A model generated the notes under the pieces. It made no database searches, had not been told where the DNA came from, and worked only from the letters and a program-made list of their open reading frames with translations. Position numbers and translations under genes: made by a program. 59,517 bases of DNA, taken from an uncultured Gemmatimonadota bacterium. GTDB taxonomy: Bacteria > Blakebacterota > Blakebacteria > Blakebacterales > Blakebacteraceae. Below are positions 47,475 through 56,571 of this stretch, one piece after another. Positions within the stretch are counted from its first letter, which is position 1. Every line of letters begins with the position of its first letter. Location of the stretch: NCBI GenBank assembly GCA_964576115.1, contig CAZNUA010000021.1, positions 1-59,517 of the forward strand, in the 5' to 3' direction.

Positions 47475-50189
47475 ATGAAGCACAACCATCCCCCTCGCCT
47501 GGCGACCGCCCTTCTCCGGATTCTCCTCTCCCGCCCTGATCGCGAGTTCATCCTCGGCGATCTCGAGGAACAGTACCTGCAGCGATCACGACAGCGACGC
47601 CTGCGCGCCTGGATGTGGTACTGGGCTCAGACCATCCGTTCCTGCCTGGCAGCGTCTTTTCTCCGCAAGCGACCGAGCCGTCTCGAACTCGGACGCCATG
47701 ATCATGCAGGTATTGAGGATGTATCGGGTTCCCGTCACGGTCGAGCGCGGGCATTTCTGGAGGGTCTGTTCCAGGATTTCCGGGTGGCCATGCGTCAATC
47801 CCGAGCCCACCCTCTGCACACCCTGACGATCATCGGTACCCTGGCGATCGGTATCGGTGCCACCACCATCATCTTCAGCGTGACCGACACCGTCCTTTTC
47901 CAGAAACTTCCCTACGAAGAATCAAACCGTCTGGTCGCACTCTGGCTGACCAACCCGAGGTGGCAGGAATCGGATATTGCAAACCTGAATGCAATGTGGG
48001 ATAGGTATCCCTTCTCCTATCCCGAATACCGGGACCTGGTGGAATCGACTACGGTTTTCGAATATCTGGGCATCTACGACGGGGACCGTCACATCCTCGG
48101 TACCAGCGCTCAACCTGAAAGAATCATGGTGATGCGAATGACAGCCGGGGTGTTCGACATGCTCGGGGTATCAGCGGCGCTCGGGCGTACACTCGGGCCT
48201 GACGCCGACCAGATGGGTGCCGACGCTCAGGCGGTATTGAGCCACGAAACGTGGCGTCAGCGATTCGGATCAGACCCGACTGTTATCGGTCAGACAGTGA
48301 CTCTCGACGGGACGTCGTTCACCATCGTCGGGGTCATGCCGCCCGGGTTCTCCTTTCCCGATCACCCCCCGCTCTGGACCAACTTCAACGACAGTGACCG
48401 GCAGCAACCGCGGATCGACCATTTCCTCCGGGTAGTCGGTCGGCTCAAACCCGGCCGCACTATCGCTGACGCCCGTCAAGAGATGGATCGTATGTCCCTG
48501 CGTCTGGCGGAGGCAAATCCGGAAGGGAACGAGTACGGACTCCGGGTCATATCGCTCAAAGAAGATATGATCGGCGACACCCGTAAGACGCTCATGCTGC
48601 ATGCCGCAGCCATCATCGTGGTTCTGCTGATCGTCTGCGTCAATATCGCCATCTTCGTTCTGAGCCGGGCCAACGAGCAGAGCAGAGAACTGGCCGTTCG
48701 GGCCGCCCTCGGGGCGGGCAGGGAACGTCTGATGGGACAGTTCGTGAGCCGGACCGTCCTGTTATGCCTGGTTGGCGGAGGCGTCGGCTTGGGTGTCGCA
48801 TGGGTGGGGCTCAAGCCCTTTCTCACCCTTCTCCCCCCCGACTTGCCGCGCCTATCTGAGATTACCGTGAGCGGCCGCATGCTCGGCTATGCCATAGCGG
48901 CCTCACTCCTGACCGGCCTCGTGGTCGGATTGCCCCCCGCCCTTCTGGCCGGACGCACGCGTATGATTTCCCTGCTTCACGAGGCCGGACGAGGTCTCTC
49001 CGGGGGCAGGAATCGACTGCGCCTGCAGGAATCGCTCGTCGTCGGCGAGGTTGGCCTCACCGTTGTGCTCCTGGTGTGCGCCGGATTGCTCGCCCGGAGC
49101 CTTTTCCTCCTGCTGTCGGTGGATTGCGGCTTCGTACCGGAAAATGTACTCACCGTGAGTATCGACGCCCGGAATACGCGCTACACCTCACGAGATCAGA
49201 TCAAAGAACTCTATCGCGACCTCTTCGAGCAGCTGGAAACGATCCCCGGCATTCAGGCGGTGGCCGGTGCCAACTCGATGCCCTTTATGGGCGGTTGGCG
49301 CCGGACCGGCATCACCCTGGAAACCCACAGCGGTCTGATTCCCGAAACCTTGGCGTACAGCATTATCGCGGGTTCGTACTTCCCGGCGATGGAAATTCCT
49401 CTGCTCTCCGGGCGCGCCTTCACCGCCGAAGATGCAGACTCACAACATCGAGTGGCTATCGTTAGTAAATCCGCTGCCGAAATATATTGGCCGGGAGAAG
49501 ATGCCGTCGGACATCGGCTCAAGTCGGGAGGCGTCGCGAGTGACTCACCGTGGATCACTGTCGTTGGGGTTGCCGCGAATGTCATCCACCAAGGTCTCGA
49601 TGTCGACCCGGATCCGAAGTTCTATCTCCCCTTCGGACAGCGGCCGAGTGCCGCCATGACGATTATCGTGAAGACCGCAACACCTCCGGCACCTTTCATC
49701 GAATCGGTTCGAGAGATCCTCCGCAGCCAGGCCCCGGAAGTACCGATCATCCAGATCTCTTCCCTGGAGGATCTGATTTCGGAATCGATCGCCGGTCCGC
49801 GGTCCCGGGCCTTTCTGTTGGTTTCGATGGCGGTGCTGGCAGCCATACTCGCCTTTGTCGGCATCTCCGGTGTTCTTGCCTACGCCGTATCGCAGCGCGT
49901 GCGTGAGATCGGAATCCGGATGGCGGTCGGAGCCACTCAAAGGAAGGTCGCCGGCCAGGTTCTTCGCCGTGGCATGACCCTCAGCGCAGTGGGCCTGGGT
50001 ATCGGGATGATCTTCTCTGCCGTCGCGGTCGGTTCACTCGAAGGCATCCTCTTCCAGACCGATCCCGTCGATCCGCTTACCCTTGGTTTGGTCACGGTCC
50101 TTGTCATAGCGGTGGCAATGACGGCCAGCTATATCCCCGCGCGGCGGGCGGCGTCGGTCGATCCCATGCAGATTCTGCGTCGCGAATGA
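47475..50189 (+). CDS. ADOP-type duplicated ABC permease (PP..GDLEE prefix type)
   Basis: PPRLA..ILGDLEEQY..WYWAQ, LAIGIGATT, RELAVRAALGAGR, REIGIRMAVGA, SVDPMQILRRE. Confidence 0.94.
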   Translation: MKHNHPPRLATALLRILLSRPDREFILGDLEEQYLQRSRQRRLRAWMWYWAQTIRSCLAASFLRKRPSRLELGRHDHAGIEDVSGSRHGRARAFLEGLFQDFRVAMRQSRAHPLHTLTIIGTLAIGIGATTIIFSVTDTVLFQKLPYEESNRLVALWLTNPRWQESDIANLNAMWDRYPFSYPEYRDLVESTTVFEYLGIYDGDRHILGTSAQPERIMVMRMTAGVFDMLGVSAALGRTLGPDADQMGADAQAVLSHETWRQRFGSDPTVIGQTVTLDGTSFTIVGVMPPGFSFPDHPPLWTNFNDSDRQQPRIDHFLRVVGRLKPGRTIADARQEMDRMSLRLAEANPEGNEYGLRVISLKEDMIGDTRKTLMLHAAAIIVVLLIVCVNIAIFVLSRANEQSRELAVRAALGAGRERLMGQFVSRTVLLCLVGGGVGLGVAWVGLKPFLTLLPPDLPRLSEITVSGRMLGYAIAASLLTGLVVGLPPALLAGRTRMISLLHEAGRGLSGGRNRLRLQESLVVGEVGLTVVLLVCAGLLARSLFLLLSVDCGFVPENVLTVSIDARNTRYTSRDQIKELYRDLFEQLETIPGIQAVAGANSMPFMGGWRRTGITLETHSGLIPETLAYSIIAGSYFPAMEIPLLSGRAFTAEDADSQHRVAIVSKSAAEIYWPGEDAVGHRLKSGGVASDSPWITVVGVAANVIHQGLDVDPDPKFYLPFGQRPSAAMTIIVKTATPPAPFIESVREILRSQAPEVPIIQISSLEDLISESIAGPRSRAFLLVSMAVLAAILAFVGISGVLAYAVSQRVREIGIRMAVGATQRKVAGQVLRRGMTLSAVGLGIGMIFSAVAVGSLEGILFQTDPVDPLTLGLVTVLVIAVAMTASYIPARRAASVDPMQILRRE

Positions 50190-50317
50190 CCGCCACGTTC
50201 CCAAAACGGGAACTCGAGCATCACCATAAAATCATATGCATCTTCGGGACTGATGCGTCTTACCTGCAAGACGTTCGTTTTCTCCACCGGTGCTATCTGA
50301 ACGCGGCATTTTTCCGT

Positions 50318-51263
50318 ATGAATCGATCCTCATACCAGCCACTGATCTCTGCCCTGCTGATACTCTCCTGCACCTCTCGGTCCGATGAATCGGACCATTC
50401 ATTTCAACAGTACACAGAGTACGGCATCCATATCGCTGAAACGTCAGGCGGCCCAAAATACGATGGGGAGATCTTCTCCTTCCGGGAAGAGTGCACCATC
50501 AAGGATGATGACGATAATCCGGAATCAATCCTGTATCGACCCGGTGACGGCGCTGTCGGCCCCGGCGGAGAGATCTTCATCGCGGACGAAGGGAACCGGC
50601 GTATTGCGGCCTTCGATCCCGACGGGTCGTACCGTTCGAGTTTCGGTCGAGAAGGAAACGGCCCCGGTGAATTTCAGGCTCTGCGTATCCTGCGTGTCGA
50701 TGCTGACGGTATCGTTGCATTCGATTACATGCTCAGTCGCACGACCGTGTTCCGCCCCGACGGCTCTCTGGCACAGACACTCTCTGCATCAGATGACCCC
50801 AACCTGGCCTGGCATTCCCTTGATGGTGAAATCGCTCGGATTCTGAGACTGGACTTCCGTCGTGAACCTGTCACTGACACTGACCAGGCCAATCACCACG
50901 CGTGGTGGCAGGCGCGCATCCGACGCGAGGAAGAGGAACGTGTCAGACAGTTCTATCGGGAATATGAGAAGCACGAGACATTCCCGAAGGACAAATCACT
51001 CTGGGGCTGGATCACGGTTGATGATGCCGGATTCATCTGGATGCAGGATCACTTCGATTATTCCGGTTCAGCCGATGTCCCCGGGGCTACTACCTACAGG
51101 GTCTTGAGCCCCGAGGGAGAGTACCTGGGTACGGCAGAATGGCCAGCACAACGTGGCTTCATCCAGAACGGGCACTTCCTCTCCCGGATCGAGGATGGCG
51201 AAAATGGCTCTATATCCTGGTATTCCCGACGAAGAAGGGTTACCCATGCAGACAGGGAGCTGA
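50318..51263 (+). pseudogene. 6-bladed beta-propeller lipoprotein, apparently internally deleted with a disrupted 3' end
   Basis: LLILSC leader, IFIADEGNRRI, FGREGNGPGEF, VDDAGFIW, YRVLSPEGEYLG. The middle is short relative to 55214-56395 and the frame runs unstopped about 130 bp into the next gene. Confidence 0.55.
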
Positions 51264-51329
51264 TCACGACGCGTTCTCTCGGTACAACCTTCCCCGAGGA
51301 CGACCATGGAGTAGAAGGAAGAGGCGGCA

Positions 51330-52181
51330 ATGGACATCTCGCTCGACTGCATTCCCTGCATCGTGGACAGCTACACCCGCCTGGTCCGGGCCGGGATGCT
51401 GCCCGAGGAAGCACACGAAGCGGGCATGCGCCGCCTGCTGGATTTTCTGGCCGGGGCTGATTACCGGCAATCGCCGCCCGTTCTGGGGCGCGAGTTACAC
51501 CGGATGATCCGCTCCGAACTGGACGATCCCGATCCCTACCGGGCGATCAAGGATGAATCCAACCGCCTGATGCTCGAGCGGTATGCGGACTTCGAAGCCC
51601 TGGTCACAGGCTCCGACGATCCCTTCGACACAGCCCTGCGCCTGGCCATTGCAGGCAATGTCATCGATTTCGGTCCCCGGCATCAGTACGATGTCATGGA
51701 AACCATTGAACGGGTCCTGACGACCCCGTTGGCGATCGACGATTCGCAGGCTCTCCGTCACGATCTGGCCTCAGCCGATACACTGCTCTACATCGGCGAC
51801 AATTGCGGCGAGATCGTCCTGGACCGATTGTTCCTCGAACATATCGATTGTCCCGAAAAATACTTCGCGGTCCGCGGCGGACCGGTGATCAACGATGCCA
51901 CCATCGAGGACGCCCGTAGCGTCGGCATCGAGGACGTGGCCCGGATCATCACCACCGGCGACGACAGCCCCGGTGTAGTTCTCGAGACCGCCTCTGATGA
52001 ATTCAGGCATATCTTCGACACAGCGGATGTCATCATTGCCAAAGGCCAGGGGAACCTGGAAGGACTCCTCGAAGTGAACCGGAATATCTATTTTCTGCTG
52101 ATCACCAAGTGCGATCTGGTCGCCGGACGGGTGGGCACGCGCCGGGGGGAATTCGTGGTGAAAAGAGCGCGGAACCGATGA
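51330..52181 (+). CDS. DUF89/ARMT1-like damage-control phosphatase
   Basis: CIPC, DPYR..K, AIAGNVIDFG, DNCGE, PVINDAT, KGQGN, KC. Confidence 0.93.
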   Translation: MDISLDCIPCIVDSYTRLVRAGMLPEEAHEAGMRRLLDFLAGADYRQSPPVLGRELHRMIRSELDDPDPYRAIKDESNRLMLERYADFEALVTGSDDPFDTALRLAIAGNVIDFGPRHQYDVMETIERVLTTPLAIDDSQALRHDLASADTLLYIGDNCGEIVLDRLFLEHIDCPEKYFAVRGGPVINDATIEDARSVGIEDVARIITTGDDSPGVVLETASDEFRHIFDTADVIIAKGQGNLEGLLEVNRNIYFLLITKCDLVAGRVGTRRGEFVVKRARNR

Positions 52182-53124
52182 CAGTGCCGATACGGGAAGA
52201 AGACGTCCGTGCGGTCGAGGACTGGTTTGACGACTACGTGCAGTCGTTCAAGACCGGCGATGATGAAGAACAGCGGAACATCATCCTCAAGGAAGAACAC
52301 ACCCGGCGGGTTTGTGACGAGATCGGCAGTATCGGTCGCCGGCTGGACCTGGACGAGTGCGAGCTGCTCCTGGCCGACGTCATCGCCCGCCTGCACGATA
52401 TCGGCCGTTTCGAGCAGTACGCCCGCTACGGCACCTTCGTTGACCGCGACTCGGAAAATCACGCCGAACTCGGTCTTTCAATCCTGGAGCAACACGACGT
52501 TCTGCACCGGTTCGAGTCCGGGGTACGCGACCTGATCGTCCGCGCCATCCGCTACCACAACCGGGCTGTCCTGCCCTCGCAGGAGTCAGAGGCGGTCCTG
52601 TTCTTCTCGAAACTGCTGCGCGACGCCGACAAGCTCGACATCTGGCGGGTGGTCATCGAGTACTATCATCGCGACAACGGCCGGCGGAACGATGCCCTCG
52701 AACTGGGCCTGCCCGATACGCCCGGTGTCTCGGAGGCTGTCTNNNNNNNNNNNNNNNNNNNNNNNNNNNNNNNNNNNNNNNNNNNNNNNNNNNNNNNNNN
52801 NNNNNNNNNNNNNNNNNNNNNNNNNNNNNNNNNNNNNNNNNNAACGATGCCCTCGAACTGGGCCTGCCCGATACGCCCGGTGTCTCGGAGGCTGTCTGTG
52901 AGGACCTGCGGGAGCGCCGGATCGTGGATATAGCTCATGTGAAGAATCTCAACGACTTCAAGCTGCTGCAGGTCGGCTGGATCTTCGATATCAATTTCGC
53001 CCCGACCTTCCGGGACATCCGGGAGAGACGCTACCTGGAGAGAATCCGGTCGGTCCTGCCCGAATCGGAACAGATCGATACGGTCTTCTCAGTGATCAGC
53101 GCTTACCACAACGAGCAGATATGA
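52178..53124 (+). CDS. HD-domain phosphohydrolase (single gene of about 263 aa once the gap artefact is collapsed)
   Basis: KEEHTRRV, LHDIGRFEQY, NHAELG, YHN, RDADKLDI. 52688-52742 is identical to 52843-52897, and joining them gives EAVCEDLRERRIVD...NLNDFKLLQVGW. Confidence 0.9.
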
Positions 53125-53159
53125 TTCAATCTGTCACTCACAGCGAACCGGCCCCGCTG

Positions 53160-54563
53160 TCACGCTTTTGATTCGGTAACCTTATTCCGCTTCATCCCGC
53201 GCAGGTACAAAACGTAATCGCGATTGATTTTTTTCCACCGCCTGATAATGACCTTGGCCTGCAGCGTGATGACAGAGTCGCGCATCGACGGGACCCGGAA
53301 TCCCGAGATAAAAGACGTGGCCACACTACGGGCGGTCTCGAAAAAGATATTGAGCGCATTGTTCATCAGACTGAAGTAGGAATAGAAATCCTCGAACGCC
53401 GAAACGGCACCGTCCTGGAGTTCAGCCGGTGTGAAATTCCGGGGTTTGAAGACCGCGTGCATGCCGTCGTAGTACTGCCACATGCGATGCAGCAGCCGGT
53501 TCTCGCGCTCCATTCGTTTGTAGAAACCCGTTCCCGGCAAAGGGGTGAGAATCATGAACTGGACCGAATTGATCCTGTTCCTGCGGCAGAAAGCCGCAGT
53601 TTCGCGGAAAACCGGAGTCTGATCCTCGTCGCTGCCGAACATGAACATGCCGTGGATGCCGATGTCGTTGTCCCGGAAGACGCGGATCGCCTGGCGGACA
53701 TCTTCGGGGGACTGTTTCTTCTCGAGGCCCTCCAGGGTCGCCGGATTGATCGATTCGAATCCGATGTATACCCGATGGCAACCGGCCTGCTTCATCTTCG
53801 CAACGAGTTCGGTATCGCGGGTCACATCGGCCCGGACCTGGGTAGACCACTTGAAGGGCAGCGAAGCCTCGATCATCCTGTCCAGCAGTTCGTGGGTCCG
53901 CTTCGGATTGGCCGCGAAATTGTCGTCGTAAATGAACGCCCGCCTGGTCCGGATTCGCCCGAGTTCCTCCATCACCCGCTCGATCGAGTGCATCCGGTAC
54001 CCGCGACCGAACATCTCGGTGACCGCGCAGAAGTTGCAGCCGAAGGGACACCCCCGTGACGTCATGGTGGGTGTGATGCGCAGCTTGCGCCGGTTCACCA
54101 GAAGATCGAAATCGGGTATCGGTACACTTTCCAGATCAATGAGTCGCGGGGCGTTGACGATTTTCTCGTCACTGCCGTTCCGGAGCAGATCGACAATGAT
54201 TTCCTCGCCCTCGCCTGTTACCACGTAATCGGCGCACTCGGCGGCTTCTTCTGGCAGAAAGGAGGGATGGATACCCCCGATGACCGTCACGGCACGGGGA
54301 TTGAGGGTGCGAAAGGTGCGGGCGATCTCATAGCCTCGTTCGGCGGTCGGCGTCAACAGGCTCAGCAGCAGGTAGTCGGCCTCGAGCTCGCGCAGGGCCA
54401 CGTCACGGCCCAGGAAATTCTCGTTCAGAATCCTGACCTCATAGCCCGCCTCTTTGAGGATCGTGCCGAGATAGAGAGTGCCCATGAGCGGCAGGTTGAG
54501 GTAATCGGCGAAGACGTTCGCCCGCCCGCCCCGCGGTTCGATGATGATGACTTTTTTCTTCAT
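53160..54563 (-). CDS. B12-binding-domain radical SAM protein
   Basis: LPLMGTLYL, IGGIHPS, GEGE, TSRGCPFGCNFC, DDNF, IGFES, LTPLPGT. Confidence 0.95.
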   Translation of the reverse strand: MKKKVIIIEPRGGRANVFADYLNLPLMGTLYLGTILKEAGYEVRILNENFLGRDVALRELEADYLLLSLLTPTAERGYEIARTFRTLNPRAVTVIGGIHPSFLPEEAAECADYVVTGEGEEIIVDLLRNGSDEKIVNAPRLIDLESVPIPDFDLLVNRRKLRITPTMTSRGCPFGCNFCAVTEMFGRGYRMHSIERVMEELGRIRTRRAFIYDDNFAANPKRTHELLDRMIEASLPFKWSTQVRADVTRDTELVAKMKQAGCHRVYIGFESINPATLEGLEKKQSPEDVRQAIRVFRDNDIGIHGMFMFGSDEDQTPVFRETAAFCRRNRINSVQFMILTPLPGTGFYKRMERENRLLHRMWQYYDGMHAVFKPRNFTPAELQDGAVSAFEDFYSYFSLMNNALNIFFETARSVATSFISGFRVPSMRDSVITLQAKVIIRRWKKINRDYVLYLRGMKRNKVTESKA

Positions 54564-54617
54564 TTTTGATCACAATCCGTTTGGCAGTACGGCCGGCACC
54601 CCCTACCGGCCGATGAA

Positions 54618-55115
54618 TCACATGTATGTCAGCTTCTCTTGCGCCCGGTCGTAGCGGTTGATGATAAGCAGGCTGATCCCGAACAGGACGAGCGTAGCGG
54701 GCCAGAGCCGTGGATCTATGGTGAAGACGAGCAGGAAGGCCGCTCCCAGGATGATGAGAATAATCGCCAGGGGGACGAATACTCCCCGCTTCCCGACCCA
54801 GAGAACCGGGGCCAGAAAAGAGAAGCCCAGGAACAGGACGAACAGCGGCCAGAGATCGGCCAGCAGACGCCAGGCGGTGAAGTTGAGGAAAAAGAACAGC
54901 AGGCTGACCCACACCAGGAAGGTTCCGATGATCAACACGGTAATATCTGATCGCTTGCGTGCGAACAGAAGGATGAAACCGATCCCGAGGATGCAGGGAA
55001 AAACCGGCCACAAACGGGAGATGCCCTCGACGATGCCATAGCTCTCCAGCAACAGGATTACACCGGACAGGATGAGCAGGATCGAGAGGATCCACGTTGT
55101 CGGACGGGTTTCCAT
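54618..55115 (-). CDS. LiaF/DUF5668-like membrane protein
   Basis: About six hydrophobic segments with repeated LWP motifs. Confidence 0.75.
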   Translation of the reverse strand: METRPTTWILSILLILSGVILLLESYGIVEGISRLWPVFPCILGIGFILLFARKRSDITVLIIGTFLVWVSLLFFFLNFTAWRLLADLWPLFVLFLGFSFLAPVLWVGKRGVFVPLAIILIILGAAFLLVFTIDPRLWPATLVLFGISLLIINRYDRAQEKLTYM

Positions 55116-55213
55116 GACCACCGCACGGTCCAGAGGGTACGGAAGGAAACGTACTCTCACTCCCGGTGAAAAGCAACCCGACCGGATTTCACCCTCAGCC
55201 GGACAGACCGGCC

Positions 55214-56395
55214 TCACCGCTCCCGGACGGTCCTCTCGAAAGGATAGAACCTGATGACCGGTTCGCCGGCCTCGTTCTCCTCATTGCGGTAGAAACCGTC
55301 GCCCATGACGGCAGCAGGACGATCGGGCAGGACCTGGCTCGCCACCCACTCCCCGGCGGCGGTGAAGAGGTTGTAGTGCCGACCCTCCTCCTCGCCCGGC
55401 ACAGGCGTGTGATCCTCCACCCACAACCTGCCGTCTCCGGCCCATACCATCCAGCGGATGGCTGCCTTGCGGTCGGGGAACTCGAGGTGGCGTCGGGCGG
55501 TCTCTTCGTTGCCCCGACGCCGGTAACGGGCGATCTCCGTCTCCTTTTCCTCATCGGTCACAAGGGGTCCTTCAAGAGGGAGTTCGACCGCGAGGGAGTC
55601 CTGACCCTGCAGGGGGATGAAATCGATCCGATAGCGGTCGGTCCACCCGAGTGCCAGCGGGCGATCGGGAGCGACCGCCCAGGGGGGAAAGAGCGGCTGC
55701 AGGGGCTGCAGGTTAAAACCCTGACCGATCCAGAAACCCTCCCCCTGCCCTTCCCGGTAGAGCAGGGTATCGCTCCGGGTCAGCTCCGTATTCACCTGGA
55801 ATACCCCGTACCTGACAGTAGCGGTTTCAACTCCCGTATAGGGCATCATCAGCGAAGAGTAGAGGGTGATATACTCAGACCCGGCTGTACCGCTGACCGG
55901 CACCGGAGCGGAACCGATGCGCACCTCGCAGTGTCGGCCCTCCAGGAAGGTGCCGCCGGACTCGAAGCGCAACAGGCGCTGGTTCGCCGGCACCCAGACC
56001 AGGATTTCGTCGCCGACCACAACCGGTTGGGGAAACCGACCGAACTCCTGCGGTCCCGGCCCCGGGCGACCGAAAGAACCCAGCCAGCGGCCGTCGGGGG
56101 CGAAACGATGCAGGCATCCTTCGCGCAGATCGGTGACGAGGACGACACCGTCCGGCAAACGGCCCGCGAAACCCGCCGAGCTGAGCAGATAGGTCTCTTC
56201 GGATTGTCCGGACCCGTAGGTTATCGGGTCCCCGACGGTATAGGGATTCACCACCGGCGGGATCGGCTGAGTGTAAGCCCGGACCCGTACCCCGTTCTCG
56301 AGGCGTTCTTCAAAGGGTGCTGAGCTTTGCTGCGCGCAGGCAGTCAGAAACAGAACCGTCATACACCCAACAAGAACGATACCGGGATAGCGCAT
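55214..56395 (-). CDS. 6-bladed beta-propeller lipoprotein
   Basis: FLTAC lipobox, ENGVRV, FGRPGPGPQEF, FPDRKAAI, DGRLWV. Confidence 0.85.
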   Translation of the reverse strand: MRYPGIVLVGCMTVLFLTACAQQSSAPFEERLENGVRVRAYTQPIPPVVNPYTVGDPITYGSGQSEETYLLSSAGFAGRLPDGVVLVTDLREGCLHRFAPDGRWLGSFGRPGPGPQEFGRFPQPVVVGDEILVWVPANQRLLRFESGGTFLEGRHCEVRIGSAPVPVSGTAGSEYITLYSSLMMPYTGVETATVRYGVFQVNTELTRSDTLLYREGQGEGFWIGQGFNLQPLQPLFPPWAVAPDRPLALGWTDRYRIDFIPLQGQDSLAVELPLEGPLVTDEEKETEIARYRRRGNEETARRHLEFPDRKAAIRWMVWAGDGRLWVEDHTPVPGEEEGRHYNLFTAAGEWVASQVLPDRPAAVMGDGFYRNEENEAGEPVIRFYPFERTVRER

Positions 56396-56571
56396 AGTCG
56401 ATATCACCTCCGTCATCAGCCCGTTCAGCCGGTCACCTGCCCGTGGGCATTACTTCCCGCCGACGGTCACGAACGGAAGAGATCCGTCATGTACGTCGGG
56501 ACCTCATACCGTACCGTTTCTGGCGCCCTGAGTCACAAGCTGTTTTTTCAGCCAACTCACGCCCCAAGGCA

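Noticed and set aside
56460-56500. Intergenic hairpin (CCGACG...CGTCGG) as an ncRNA
   Set aside because: The stem is interrupted, expected by chance at this GC content, and shows no family signature.
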